Positions 9,917-20,516 are shown, counted from the stretch's first letter. The stretch: DNA of 64,000 nt from Magnetococcales bacterium (GCA_015228925.1 JADGCQ010000005.1:3394-67393); one strand, 5' to 3'. Numbers and translations: made by a program. Notes: generated by a model not told the origin, from the letters alone.

Positions 9917-11368
9917 CTAGTCCTCTTTGGGCTTTTTGGCCTTGTACAACGTTTGCGTCGTCGTAGAGAACCGCGCCCTGGGGACCACGGAGTAGACGTG
10001 TTGTTCCAGGGCCTGATCAAATTTTTTCAACACGACACTCATATTTTCCGAGGGGGTTGCCGGCAGCAACAGGGCAAACTCAAACCCTGGGGTTTCATAG
10101 TCAAAGGCCATATCGGTATTACGCATGACCACACGGGTGGCATCATTGATCAAGATGGGAATTTTCCGTTGCTCATCCAGGTTCAAGGCATCGGGATTTT
10201 CCAGTCGCACGATCATCAGGCTGACTTCAAAGTTCAATCGTCTCCCCAGATTGGTCATGAGGGCCACCTGTCGTGGGAAAAAACCATAGGAAAACAAGTT
10301 ACTGTCCTGATTGACGACGCTATCGGCCCGTGCCGACTGTAACCGATTGGCCAAATCGTAGGAAGCCCCAGCCCACTCACACAACGCCTTGAAATTTTCC
10401 ACCGAAGAGACGTTAAAATCCATGAAACCCAGGCTTTCAATCTTGATCATTCCGCTGACATCACCGTTTTCCCGGTTGATCATCGGACCCGCCATCACCC
10501 CCTCCCCGTCCAGGATATCCCTGTCCTCACGATTGTTGATCGTCAGGAACCGTTTTTCACCCACGATGGCCTGATACAGGGAATCCCGAACACCGAAAGA
10601 TTCCTTGACGGGTTGCTCCTCCTTCCAACCCGATTTCACCATGACCGTCAGATTTTGTTCCTCCAAGACAAAGATAGAAAACATTTCTGGACTGATCACC
10701 GACCGGATCATATCCCGCGTCCCCGAAAGCACCATGGCAGGGTCTTCATGTTCCAGATCCTTGGCCGCTTTGAAGGAGGAAACCACTGTTTTTAGTTGCC
10801 CTGAAACCTGAATTTCCAGGCGTTCCTTAGCCTTATTGACCTGCTCATAAGCGCGGGTGATCACCTGTTCTCGCGCCTCGGCAGCGGTCATATCCTTCCA
10901 CAGGGTACTCCGCTCCACCCGATGTCGATCCTGCAACAAGCCTAAAACAACCGCTCCGACAACCCATAAGAGCGGTACAATGGCGACGGAATACAGCAGT
11001 TCAAAGGAATCCTGGCCATACTGCGCCTGGGGAATCGTACCGGAAAGCAACAAAAGACTGGAGAAAAAAGCGGCCAAAAGGCCATGACTGGTACCGTACT
11101 GCACACTCATAAGGATCACGGCGATCCAGAAAGGATGGGGACACACATCGGCGAAACGATCCGAAGCACCCTGCGTCAGATCATACGCCATAAGCACCGA
11201 AAAAAACAGGAGTAATTCCCCCCAGGCCGCCGCCCGGATTCCGAGAAAGAATACTGTTTTTCTGCGGGCAGCGTTGGGTTTTACAGGGGCCTCTGCAACC
11301 GCATCCGGCAGCCCCGGCGAGGGGGATGTTTTCGATTTTGGAGAAGTTTTCGGGCCATGCGTCGTCAC
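9917..11368 (-). CDS. pelD: PelD-like c-di-GMP receptor (TM, GAF, degenerate GGDEF)
   Basis: Four N-terminal TM segments and the operon position match PelD. The degenerate GGDEF region retains an RxxD motif (RNTD) five residues before ETPGFEF. Confidence 0.75.
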   Translation of the reverse strand: MTTHGPKTSPKSKTSPSPGLPDAVAEAPVKPNAARRKTVFFLGIRAAAWGELLLFFSVLMAYDLTQGASDRFADVCPHPFWIAVILMSVQYGTSHGLLAAFFSSLLLLSGTIPQAQYGQDSFELLYSVAIVPLLWVVGAVVLGLLQDRHRVERSTLWKDMTAAEAREQVITRAYEQVNKAKERLEIQVSGQLKTVVSSFKAAKDLEHEDPAMVLSGTRDMIRSVISPEMFSIFVLEEQNLTVMVKSGWKEEQPVKESFGVRDSLYQAIVGEKRFLTINNREDRDILDGEGVMAGPMINRENGDVSGMIKIESLGFMDFNVSSVENFKALCEWAGASYDLANRLQSARADSVVNQDSNLFSYGFFPRQVALMTNLGRRLNFEVSLMIVRLENPDALNLDEQRKIPILINDATRVVMRNTDMAFDYETPGFEFALLLPATPSENMSVVLKKFDQALEQHVYSVVPRARFSTTTQTLYKAKKPKED

Positions 11369-11390
11369 TGTCTTCTTCTATCATAAAGGA

Positions 11391-12302
11391 TTATTTGGGA
11401 GGTAACGACAACTCCAGAATATCAACATCAATGGTGTTCTCTTTCTTTGGTTTTTCGTCGTTTTTGGCCAAAGCTTTTTCCTTGGCCCGCCTTTCCTCCT
11501 CCCCTTTTTTCATCAACAGGCTACGTTGTTCAAAAAGTTTGGCGCAGGCTTCATCCAGTTCACCCAATACCGGATCGCCCTGTTGATGATGCATTGTCCC
11601 CGCATCATTGCCCGGACTTTGCCGCCCCACACCACGAACTCTTCCCACCGTAACCTGGCCAGAAGGGGGTGCCGTTGCCACTGTTTCCTCCTTCGGCATA
11701 GATTCTTTCTTGGCATCAACCGCTTTGGACAATTTGCCAACGGTATTGTGAACCGCTTTCTGGGCGGTGTAATAAATACTTTCCCGACTTAAAAAACCCG
11801 AACCCATCAACGATTGACTGGCACGCCACAATACGACACCATCGCGAATACGCACCAATTGCACATTAAAACCGACTGCCGGCTCTTCTCGTAACCCATG
11901 CTGGTAGGAAAACTCCGACACGCTCCCCGTCAAAACCGCATCCACAAACAACCCCGTCCCCACATCCCGCGCGATGGAAACATCGGCCAATCGATCCATA
12001 TCGACTTTGAGTCCAATCAACTGCCGCCGCATTTCACTTTCCTCCAACAAGCAAAACTGCTTGCTGGCCATCAATTCGGTGGCAAACAATTGGGCCACGG
12101 ACAATCCAGCGGTAGGACTGTTGCTCAGATTTTCAAATGGCAAAACCGCGACAGTCAGTGGCGAATTTTTTTCCAGTTCTTCATGGACAAATGAGCGATT
12201 GACCCCCATGGCGCAACCAAACAAACCGAGAGCCACCAAACCTATCGCTATTTTGACACGCGATATTGGCCCTGTACAACCGGAAAGCGAACGTTCATTC
12301 AT
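11391..12302 (-). CDS. pelC: PelC-like outer-membrane lipoprotein with a roughly 130-aa charged C-terminal extension
   Basis: Lipobox LGLFGC. VAVLPFENLSNSPTAGLSVAQLFATEL is PelC-like. The Lys/Glu-rich tail is absent from the roughly 170-aa canonical PelC. Confidence 0.65.
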   Translation of the reverse strand: MNERSLSGCTGPISRVKIAIGLVALGLFGCAMGVNRSFVHEELEKNSPLTVAVLPFENLSNSPTAGLSVAQLFATELMASKQFCLLEESEMRRQLIGLKVDMDRLADVSIARDVGTGLFVDAVLTGSVSEFSYQHGLREEPAVGFNVQLVRIRDGVVLWRASQSLMGSGFLSRESIYYTAQKAVHNTVGKLSKAVDAKKESMPKEETVATAPPSGQVTVGRVRGVGRQSPGNDAGTMHHQQGDPVLGELDEACAKLFEQRSLLMKKGEEERRAKEKALAKNDEKPKKENTIDVDILELSLPPK

Positions 12303-12317
12303 AATTGATCAACCACT

Positions 12318-13958
12318 TCAGAATAGAAGTTTCAATGAGTAATCGACCTGGTCGGTTACCACCCATTCACCCGCCTGTCGGGAATACCCCCTTTGCAAAC
12401 TGAGGGCCGATTTTACATCGGCCATGGGTTCATAGATCAAGGAAGCTGCCAGTGAAGGGCCGTGCTGATAAGTCAACCGATCATAGGAATATCCCAAAAC
12501 AGAACTATAGGTTAGATAGTCATTCCAGAGGTCAAACCAAGCGGCACTGGCCAGATGGGTTTCCTTATCGGGCATGGGAAGGAGGGTGTACGTAACGCCG
12601 TCGGTATTGAGACGTTGCGCCTCATGAAACACCATCTCTTTATCCAAATTATAGGAAAGTTCCAGATTGTTGCGGCTGAGAAAAGCATGACGCAAAGATC
12701 CCAAAAGGGCCAAACTCTCCGTGGCATTTTCATCATCCGACACGCCATACCGATTGACCGCCCCCGTCAGCGATGTGCGCAATCGATCACCATGCCAAGC
12801 ATCATCCCGTTGGAATTCCAACCGATCACGCCAACCACCGTCCACCAAACTGTTGGTGGTCGCCCCATAAGGGCGGTGCCAATCGGCGAGGAAACGGGTC
12901 GAGGCTGTGGGGTGAAAAAAATCATGACCGACAGTGACCCCCAGATGATCCTCCCCGGCGAGGATACCCACACGGGAAATGTCGCCATCGGCCCAGGACA
13001 TGGCCAATTCAGCGGCCCCCGACAACCATTCGACGACTTGGTTGGCGGTGATCCCCTCGGCGTTGGTCACATTATCGATTTCCAAATCGACCCGACGTAA
13101 ATCAAGGTTCAGGTTGAGTCCCTGGGAACCCACCAGGAGCAATTCAACATCCTGGCCAAGCTGAACTTCATTGTTTTTGGGTGAATGTTTGTAGGAAGCA
13201 CTTGTCTGTAAATAGGGGCCTTGATTATGGTGCAACAAAGCCTTGGCAAAAATAATATTGGGTTCGCCAATGGCCTGGGTCAATCCTCGGTCGTACAGGG
13301 CCACCGCAGACCGCCACCGCCCCAGTTGATCCTCCAATGTTCCCAATTCACCGAGAAATTCCACATTCTCCGGCGACTCCTCCACCAAGCCGCGCATCCG
13401 CTCCCGGGCACCATACAGGGTACGGGTCGATACCATGGTCTTGGTCTTGAGAAACCGCAGTCGGGCATCCTCAACTTTCCGTTGTTCCAGCAGCTCCGGT
13501 GTTGGCGGTGGCAGGGTCATGGTCACCACCACATCGTTTCCCGTCGCCGTGACATGAAACCCAGTCCCCGCCTGATTAGCCCGCAACAACAAGGAATCAT
13601 AGCCGTAGCGCACATCGCCCAACCATGCAAAAAGTTCCTGGGTCGCCTCCTCCATCCCCTGGGGGATAAAAGGTTTTTCAAACACCAAGACCAACTCGCG
13701 TCCCTCGATCCGTTTGGTAAAGTTGACCCCTTGATTCCAGGTCAGGATCAATCGCGCCTCCTCACCACCATGCTCGGAACGGACAACCACGGTCGTCCCA
13801 ATCACCGCCTCAGGTTCTGCATCCCCCCCGGAAGCGGGGGCCTTACCGGGAGAAACCTGAAAAATATCGACATCGACCGACGCGGGAACGCCGGTTTCGG
13901 CCCATAAACCCAACGGAATCAAGGTTAACAAAAGACAGAAAACAAAAAACACACGCAT
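12318..13958 (-). CDS. Secreted outer-membrane protein at the PelB position (short TPR-like segment plus putative beta-barrel)
   Basis: Signal peptide MRVFFVFCLLLTLIPLGLWA. Alternating beta-strand-like C-terminal half ending in ...YSLKLLF (aromatic terminus). It is only 546 aa, against about 1200 aa for PelB. Confidence 0.5.
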   Translation of the reverse strand: MRVFFVFCLLLTLIPLGLWAETGVPASVDVDIFQVSPGKAPASGGDAEPEAVIGTTVVVRSEHGGEEARLILTWNQGVNFTKRIEGRELVLVFEKPFIPQGMEEATQELFAWLGDVRYGYDSLLLRANQAGTGFHVTATGNDVVVTMTLPPPTPELLEQRKVEDARLRFLKTKTMVSTRTLYGARERMRGLVEESPENVEFLGELGTLEDQLGRWRSAVALYDRGLTQAIGEPNIIFAKALLHHNQGPYLQTSASYKHSPKNNEVQLGQDVELLLVGSQGLNLNLDLRRVDLEIDNVTNAEGITANQVVEWLSGAAELAMSWADGDISRVGILAGEDHLGVTVGHDFFHPTASTRFLADWHRPYGATTNSLVDGGWRDRLEFQRDDAWHGDRLRTSLTGAVNRYGVSDDENATESLALLGSLRHAFLSRNNLELSYNLDKEMVFHEAQRLNTDGVTYTLLPMPDKETHLASAAWFDLWNDYLTYSSVLGYSYDRLTYQHGPSLAASLIYEPMADVKSALSLQRGYSRQAGEWVVTDQVDYSLKLLF

Positions 13959-14111
13959 GATCCATCCTCAACGCTTTCGCCACCCCAAAAGAGCGTAAAG
14001 CAAGCATCATGCCGAACAAATATAAAGCATTTTTCTTGACATTTCGACACCATTCAAAGAGGCTCACCCCGAAGTGGTATCCAGAAATAACGTAAGAGTC
14101 AGGCAACCGTC

Positions 14112-16697
14112 ATGTCCATTTGGAAATCCCTTACCATCTACTTCCTGGTCTGGACCACGATCATCGGTGGATCCTTGCTGGCCAACTTCTACCACCACCG
14201 GGAGATGGCCCAGGATAATGCCATGTATGAGAGCATACCCATACAATCTTTTTTGGATCAACAAGATAAACATATTATAATCCTTCAATTTTCTCACGTC
14301 CTGGTTTGGTTTCTGGGATTGGGGCTGATCACTTTTTTCACCAGACGGCGTTTTCTCGACATTTCAGCACAGAACCAATCCCTGAAAGCACTCCAGTCCA
14401 GCAATGCCCTATTGGAAAGGGCACAGGAAATCGCCCATGTCGGCAACTGGGTCCGGGATCTTGAATCGGGCACCCTGATATGGTCCCAAGAACTCTATCG
14501 CATTCTCGGCCTTGATCATAACCAGTTTAATACTTCGTTCGAAAATTTTCTAAACTGTATTCATCCCGATGACCGGAACACAGTACTCGAAGCGTTAAAA
14601 GCGTCCATTAAAAGTCAGGACGATACCTTTCAAGTCGAATATCGCATCATCCGGCCCAGCGGAGAGGAACGGATCGTCCGTGCGCGGGGTCACATAGAAC
14701 GCAGCCATGACGGCACCCCGCGACAAACCATCGGAACCGTGCAGGACATCACCGATGCCCGACGCGCCAATCAGACCATACAGAATCAACAGATACTTCT
14801 CCGATCCATGTTCGACAAAGCACTGGACGCCATCATCTCCATTGACCGTAATGGAAATGTCGTCGATTTCAATCCATCCGCTGAAGCGATATTCGGTTAT
14901 TCCAGACAGGAAATACTTGGCAAGCAACTGGTCGATTACATCATCCCTGATGAACTGAAAGAAAGGCACAACAAAGCCCTGGAAAAACGACTGGCCTCTG
15001 GGGGTACGCCGACAGAATTGGGAAAACGCTTTGAGCTGCCAGGACTAAGGTCGGACGGCACGCGCATCGACCTTGAGATGGCCCTCACCATGATCGAAAC
15101 GAACGCGGGCGTACTCTACACCGGCTTCATCCATGATGTCACCGAGAAGAAACAATTATTCCAATCCCTGCGCGACACCCTACAGACTGCCGAAGCGGCC
15201 AACCAGGCCAAAAGTGAATTCTTGGCTACGATGAGCCATGAGATCCGCAGTCCCATGAATGCCATCCTCGGCATGACCGATTTGGTATTGAATACCAATC
15301 TGACGGAAAGTCAGAGGGATCACCTGAACATTGTCCAGAGTTCCGCATCCAACCTGCTGGAAATCATCAACAACATCCTTGATTTTTCAAAAATTGAGGC
15401 GGGAAAGATCACGCTGGAACAAATCCCCTTTGATCTTCGTGGTCAGATTGAAGAAGTCTGCGAAACCCTTGCAGTTCGGGCACATCAAAAAGGACTTGAA
15501 CTGTTGTGCGACATTCCGCCAGATCTCCCGGAAGTCGTTGGAGACCCATACCGACTGCATCAGATTCTGATGAATCTGGTCGATAATGCGATCAAATTCA
15601 CCTCTCAGGGAGAGGTCGTCGTCCGTGTTACCTGCGGTCCCAGTGCCATGAATGATGAAAAGATGGGAGAGATTCATATTGGGGTGGCGGATACAGGGAT
15701 CGGTATCGCCACGGAACATATCGAGCAACTGTTTGAACAGTTCACCCAGGCGGATGGCTCCACAACCCGCAAGTATGGCGGAACAGGGCTTGGTTTGACG
15801 ATTTCCAAACGGTTGGTGGCATTAATGGATGGCAAGATTTGGGTAGACAGTGAACCAGACCAAGGAAGCACTTTTCATGTTTTGCTTCATCTTCCGATCA
15901 ACCAGGAAAGTCGCTCCGCCCCAAAATCGTCCAACCATCTTTCCGGGGTTCGTCTGCTCCTCGGTATCGGCAACGACAAGGGACGCAACATTCTCAAAAG
16001 GACACTGACCCATTTCGGTGCGCAGATCACAGAGGCGAAAGATAGTTCCAGCCTATTGGAATCTTTCAAATCATCGCGACAAGAAGGTCAACCCTTCCAG
16101 ATCATCATTCTGGACACAGAAATGCCGGAATCGGAATCTTTCTGGCAGGAAGTTGGAGCCGATGAAAAAATTTTAATTCTGACTTCCACCAACCCCAGCC
16201 AGGGAAATCCCATCACAAACGCAATCTTCTCAAAAGCAGCCCGACTGAGAAAACCAATTAAACTCAACAGTCTGTTCAAAAAGATGAATATCTTACTGGA
16301 TCGAAATCGGGTGAACGATCAAAAACCGACACCCAACATCCCAGAAAAAGCCGGTCATACAGTCAAGAAAGAGGCTCCGGTTTTATTCCCCATCACGACG
16401 GACCTTGCCACCTTCGAGGCGGCTAGCCGGGATTTTCTCGACAACGGCCCCGACCATCACCAGCAGTTGCATGGGGCATTCCAAGCACACGAGGTCAAAC
16501 AAGCCTTGGCGGAACTTCAATGGATGCAAGAGGCAGCCACAAAACTGGGTGCCAATCGTTTGAAAATCCTTTCCACACGCCTCAAAGGGGTAGCAGAGTT
16601 GAAAGATTGGGAAGAAACCGCCAAACGATTTGAAGATTTGGACCAGGAATTTCAGAAAGTCCTGGCCACACTGCCCCAGACAAGGGGCTTATCTTAA
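14112..16697 (+). CDS. Sensor histidine kinase: 2 TM, 2 PAS, HisKA, HATPase_c, atypical receiver-like and HPt-like C-terminal regions
   Basis: H-box [17 protein letters not shown]-boxes DTGIGI and [14 protein letters not shown]. Receiver-like [10 protein letters not shown]. HPt-like segment with Gln at the expected His position ([16 protein letters not shown]). Confidence 0.85.
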   Translation: MSIWKSLTIYFLVWTTIIGGSLLANFYHHREMAQDNAMYESIPIQSFLDQQDKHIIILQFSHVLVWFLGLGLITFFTRRRFLDISAQNQSLKALQSSNALLERAQEIAHVGNWVRDLESGTLIWSQELYRILGLDHNQFNTSFENFLNCIHPDDRNTVLEALKASIKSQDDTFQVEYRIIRPSGEERIVRARGHIERSHDGTPRQTIGTVQDITDARRANQTIQNQQILLRSMFDKALDAIISIDRNGNVVDFNPSAEAIFGYSRQEILGKQLVDYIIPDELKERHNKALEKRLASGGTPTELGKRFELPGLRSDGTRIDLEMALTMIETNAGVLYTGFIHDVTEKKQLFQSLRDTLQTAEAANQAKSEFLATMSHEIRSPMNAILGMTDLVLNTNLTESQRDHLNIVQSSASNLLEIINNILDFSKIEAGKITLEQIPFDLRGQIEEVCETLAVRAHQKGLELLCDIPPDLPEVVGDPYRLHQILMNLVDNAIKFTSQGEVVVRVTCGPSAMNDEKMGEIHIGVADTGIGIATEHIEQLFEQFTQADGSTTRKYGGTGLGLTISKRLVALMDGKIWVDSEPDQGSTFHVLLHLPINQESRSAPKSSNHLSGVRLLLGIGNDKGRNILKRTLTHFGAQITEAKDSSSLLESFKSSRQEGQPFQIIILDTEMPESESFWQEVGADEKILILTSTNPSQGNPITNAIFSKAARLRKPIKLNSLFKKMNILLDRNRVNDQKPTPNIPEKAGHTVKKEAPVLFPITTDLATFEAASRDFLDNGPDHHQQLHGAFQAHEVKQALAELQWMQEAATKLGANRLKILSTRLKGVAELKDWEETAKRFEDLDQEFQKVLATLPQTRGLS

Positions 16698-16734
16698 ACA
16701 ACCCAAGCCATTTCAAGGCACTTGATCCGACACC

Positions 16735-17160
16735 TCAGAGCAGCTTCACCAGAGCCGCCACGACCCCAACCGCCACAACCATCAGGCTCCCAAGCTTGAT
16801 CACCATGCGTTGCTCCAACTCCTTAATATCCCGCTTCAACTCCGACCGGATCGACTCGATCTTGACATCCAGTTCCTTGATATCCCGTTTCAACTCTAAC
16901 CGAAACGACTCAATCTTGACATCCAGTTCCTTGATATCCCGTTTCAACTCTAACCGAAACGACTCAATCTTGACATCCAGTTCCTTAATATCCCGCCGCA
17001 AAGAGGATTCTGCCCCAGCCAGATCCTGTTTGGTGGTCAACCGGTCCTCTACCAGATTGACAAGGGCCTCAGCCTGGATAGCAGCCTGCCGCTCATCGAC
17101 GCCAGCATCCCGCAATTTCTTGACGTAGGCATAGGTATCGAACGCAATAGCTTGGCTCAT
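16735..17160 (-). CDS. DUF1640-like coiled-coil protein with a C-terminal TM anchor and internal 18-aa repeats
   Basis: MSQAIAFDTYAYVKKLRDAGVDERQAAIQAEAL is a DUF1640-type N-terminus. The RDIKELDVKIESFRLELK repeats and the hydrophobic tail were read directly. Confidence 0.7.
   Translation of the reverse strand: MSQAIAFDTYAYVKKLRDAGVDERQAAIQAEALVNLVEDRLTTKQDLAGAESSLRRDIKELDVKIESFRLELKRDIKELDVKIESFRLELKRDIKELDVKIESIRSELKRDIKELEQRMVIKLGSLMVVAVGVVAALVKLL
16807..16996 (-). repeat. In-frame 54-bp tandem repeat, about 3.5 units (16861-16914 and 16915-16968 are identical)
   Basis: Read directly from the sequence. It encodes the repeated 18-aa heptad-like unit of the DUF1640-like protein. Confidence 0.9.
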
Positions 17161-17248
17161 CGTACCCCCTTTTTAAAAAACCTACCGACCCGCCCTTCTC
17201 TCCCTGATACTATACCTTGGAAAAGAAATCGCAACAACGCCGATTCAC

Positions 17249-17530
17249 TTATGCATACGTGCAAAGATAGGCGGTGGCCACGGCCACTTTCAGTTGAAAT
17301 TTTTGATTGGCAGCCACCTCAAACGATTGGTTGGGAGAAAAGGTCTTCCATGCCACCTCCCCCGGCAATCTGACCGTCAAAGCACCACTCACCACGGTCA
17401 TCGTCTCTTTCTGCGATGTACCAAACTCGTATTCTCCCGGCATCATCACCCCAACTGTCGCCGGAAGGGTCTCGGTCTGAAAACCGATCGATTTCACTTG
17501 GCCATTAAAATACTCATTCACTTTCAACAT
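17249..17530 (-). CDS. ppnP: Pyrimidine/purine nucleoside phosphorylase PpnP (YaiE/DUF1255)
   Basis: 93 aa. [13 protein letters not shown]...[20 protein letters not shown]...YLCTY is collinear with E. coli YaiE. Confidence 0.85.
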   Translation of the reverse strand: MLKVNEYFNGQVKSIGFQTETLPATVGVMMPGEYEFGTSQKETMTVVSGALTVRLPGEVAWKTFSPNQSFEVAANQKFQLKVAVATAYLCTYA

Positions 17531-17767
17531 GATTCATGCGACTCCCTAGAATTAGCGATGGACACTATCGTGATTTTCCTCTGAAAATTGCAAAAAATCC
17601 AGGTAGACAAACAATCCAGAAAAAGAAACAGGATTTGCACATATTTTCTTACTGGTATTTTTTTCTACACGGATGTATATTGGAATTTTTTATCAGTGCA
17701 TAAAAATATTCTTGCCTTGATAAGGTGTTTTTATTGTTCCCTTAAATTTTCCTTAGAAGGTATCGTC

Positions 17768-19402
17768 ATGATTCGTTATCGATTCCTACGACAAAGTTTT
17801 TTGGTTTCTCTTCTCATCGCCGTTGCCATACCGCTGTATACCATTTTTTTCCTATTACCATCATTGACTGCGCAATTGGTGAATACCTTTGAAGAAAACG
17901 CCATCAGCGTCGCCCATCACCTCTCCGCCATGTTACGCGAACACCATCTGTTGCAAGATGGCCAGATTGCTATCTCCCAGGATTTTATGGATGAAGTCAA
18001 AAAAATTTCCCGCGACTTCCACGTCTCCAAACACCGTATTTTTTCCCGTACTGGAAAAATCATCGCCGCCTCCGAAGAAAAAGATATTGGCACAGTCAAT
18101 AAAAATGATTATTTCCACCAAAAGGTCGCCGCAGGACAGATCTTTACCAAGGTGATCGAAAAAGACGAAAAAACCATGGATGGCGAAACGATTCAAAAGG
18201 ATGTGGTAGAAACCTATGTCCCCATGATGGATAATGGACAGTTCTTGGGAGCCTTTGAAATTTATTTCGACATTACAAAACAAAAACACAATCTGAACCG
18301 CTTGACATTTCAATCTTCAGCAATACTGATCTCCATTGGTTTTGGGTTTTTTGGACTATTATTGTTTGTCCGGCATAGCGTCGTCCGCCCCATTTCCGCC
18401 GTTACGGATGCCATGGTCAGGATGGCCCAGGGAGATTTGGAACAACGCGCTCCGGTGAACGGCAAAGATGAGATCAGCACAATGGCCAGCATTTTCAACC
18501 ATATGTGTGAACAATTGCAGGAAAGCCACCGGGGATTGAAACGTGAAAAGAACAAGCTGACCACCATCCTTCTGGGGGCCAGGGAAGGGATTGTGGCCAC
18601 CAACGCCGATGGTGAAATTTCTTTGGTCAATCCTGCGGCGCAAAGACTGTTGGGAAAATCGGAGGAAAGCATTATCGCTGATGGATTTTTACAAATGTTC
18701 GATGATCCCGATTTTATGAAGCATTGCCTAGAAGGGGCCGGAACCGGTATGCCCGACACCATCGTGTATAACAACCATGTTTTAAAGATTTACGCCTCCA
18801 CCATTGTCGCCCCGGATGCTGGAACCATCGGATCGGCGGCATTGATTCGGGATATCACCGATGAAAAAAAACTGGAAGAAAAACTCAGAAAACTTTCCCA
18901 CACCGATGGTCTGACCGGACTATTGAACAGAAGGCGGATGGACGAACTTCTCACCGACGAGATCAACCGCGCCATCCGTTATCATTTGGAGTTTGGTGTT
19001 CTGCTCTTCGATGTGGACCATTTTAAACAGTTTAATGATCGCCATGGCCATGCACAGGGTGATCGGATATTGCAGGGGATCGCAGCCGCCATGACGGGTC
19101 ATTTTCGAAATGTTGATTTTTGTTGCCGCTATGGCGGTGAAGAATTTCTTGTCATCATGCCCAGCACCATCCACCCTGGCATCATGGAAGCTGCGGAACG
19201 GTTCCGCATCCGCATTGAGGAGATGACCATCGATGGATTGAAAGTCACCATCAGCATTGGCGTCGCGGTATACCCACAATCGGGACACTTCAAATCATCG
19301 GAAGAGATTCTCAAAGCGGCGGATGCCGCACTGTATGAAGCCAAAAGTGCCGGTAGGAATTGCGTAAGGCTACCCTCCCCCACTGAGTCCCCCATGCGAT
19401 GA
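17768..19402 (+). CDS. Membrane diguanylate cyclase: periplasmic sensor domain, HAMP, PAS, GGDEF
   Basis: The start was moved to ATG 17768 (MIRYRFLRQSF followed by a TM segment). GGEEF active site (RYGGEEFLVIM) with an RNVD I-site. Confidence 0.85.
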   Translation: MIRYRFLRQSFLVSLLIAVAIPLYTIFFLLPSLTAQLVNTFEENAISVAHHLSAMLREHHLLQDGQIAISQDFMDEVKKISRDFHVSKHRIFSRTGKIIAASEEKDIGTVNKNDYFHQKVAAGQIFTKVIEKDEKTMDGETIQKDVVETYVPMMDNGQFLGAFEIYFDITKQKHNLNRLTFQSSAILISIGFGFFGLLLFVRHSVVRPISAVTDAMVRMAQGDLEQRAPVNGKDEISTMASIFNHMCEQLQESHRGLKREKNKLTTILLGAREGIVATNADGEISLVNPAAQRLLGKSEESIIADGFLQMFDDPDFMKHCLEGAGTGMPDTIVYNNHVLKIYASTIVAPDAGTIGSAALIRDITDEKKLEEKLRKLSHTDGLTGLLNRRRMDELLTDEINRAIRYHLEFGVLLFDVDHFKQFNDRHGHAQGDRILQGIAAAMTGHFRNVDFCCRYGGEEFLVIMPSTIHPGIMEAAERFRIRIEEMTIDGLKVTISIGVAVYPQSGHFKSSEEILKAADAALYEAKSAGRNCVRLPSPTESPMR

Positions 19403-20516
19403 CATACATCAAGAAAACAAAAGCGACCGCATGAAGAAATGAAGCCATCCAGGGATCGAAAAAGGGGAGAAAAAGATGGCGGAAATAAAACGTTTTAAAA
19501 GATACCAGTTGATTGTTCACATCCACGACCTTGTAAAGGTGGATGGATCGTCCAATCAGCCCTGAGATAAAATAAAGCAGCAGTGTATCGGTCCCCAAAG
19601 TCACCCATGGCCGCGTCCACCGTTGCCATCCCCGGATATCCACCAGCCCAAAACATCCCGCAAACATCACAAGGGCCAAACCGGCCATGAGAAGTACATA
19701 AGAACTGGTCCAAAGTCCTTTGTTGATCGGCAACCAATGATCCCAAAGGAGACCGGAACCAATTAAAAAAATCCCCGCCGCAAACAACCCAAAAACAATC
19801 GCTTTCGGTGTTCGCTGGATTTTCAAAAAATGACCCGTCAAGACACCAAACAGACAGGTTGCCATCGCAGGTAATGTACTAAATAGACCTTCCGGGTCAA
19901 AACCCGCTGCGGGAGCCGCAGTCCACGTATGCCCTGCCAGCACCATGGCGTCGATAAAGCGGGCCAGATTCCCCTCTGGCGTTAAATCACCCGCACCAAA
20001 ACCGGGTACCGGGACCAACACCAACAGCAGCCAGGAGAGGATCACAATCAGCCAAGTCAGAATCCACTGCGTGCGAACCGATGTGGTAAGAACCAGTAAA
20101 CCCACGACCCCATAGCAAATCGCAATCCTCTGCAAAACGCCGGGAATACGCATCGTCGCCCAAGAAAAATGATGGTCAAACGCAAGTCCGAATGGAAACC
20201 CCGACAAAAACAATCCCAGCCCAAAAATAAGCAGGCTGCGGGCCAGCAAATGGCGGCAGACCTCCCCCACCGTAGCCCCCTGATGACGCCGCCTGGACAA
20301 TGATAGCGTCAAAGACAGCCCGACAATCCACAAAAAAAAGGGGAAAACCATGTCGGCCAACGTCCACCCATGCCAAGCCGCATGTCTCAAGGGGGAATAA
20401 AAATAATTCCAATCGCCCGCATTGTTGACCAGCATCATCCCCGCAAAGGTGATCCCACGCAACACATCCAACGCAAGCAATCGACCGCCAACGGTATGAT
20501 TCGGAAAAATATTCAT
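19311..20516 (-). CDS. Polytopic acyltransferase-family membrane protein (DUF1624/DUF5009, heparan-alpha-glucosaminide N-acetyltransferase-like)
   Basis: RLLALDVLRGITFAGMMLVNNAGDW...AWHGWTLADMVFPFFLWIVG motif and about 10 TM segments. Confidence 0.7.
   Translation of the reverse strand: MNIFPNHTVGGRLLALDVLRGITFAGMMLVNNAGDWNYFYSPLRHAAWHGWTLADMVFPFFLWIVGLSLTLSLSRRRHQGATVGEVCRHLLARSLLIFGLGLFLSGFPFGLAFDHHFSWATMRIPGVLQRIAICYGVVGLLVLTTSVRTQWILTWLIVILSWLLLVLVPVPGFGAGDLTPEGNLARFIDAMVLAGHTWTAAPAAGFDPEGLFSTLPAMATCLFGVLTGHFLKIQRTPKAIVFGLFAAGIFLIGSGLLWDHWLPINKGLWTSSYVLLMAGLALVMFAGCFGLVDIRGWQRWTRPWVTLGTDTLLLYFISGLIGRSIHLYKVVDVNNQLVSFKTFYFRHLFLPFFDPWMASFLHAVAFVFLMYVIAWGTQWGRVALRNSYRHFWLHTVRHPPL

Noticed and set aside
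16807-16996. A regular 54-bp repeat array that could be mistaken for a CRISPR-like array
   Set aside because: The units are directly adjacent with no spacers. They are in frame and encode the heptad-like repeats of a coiled-coil protein
17588-17767. 60-codon N-terminal extension of the diguanylate cyclase ORF
   Set aside because: The region is AT-rich and promoter-like with an implausible peptide. ATG 17768 begins a normal sequence of positive charges followed by a TM segment
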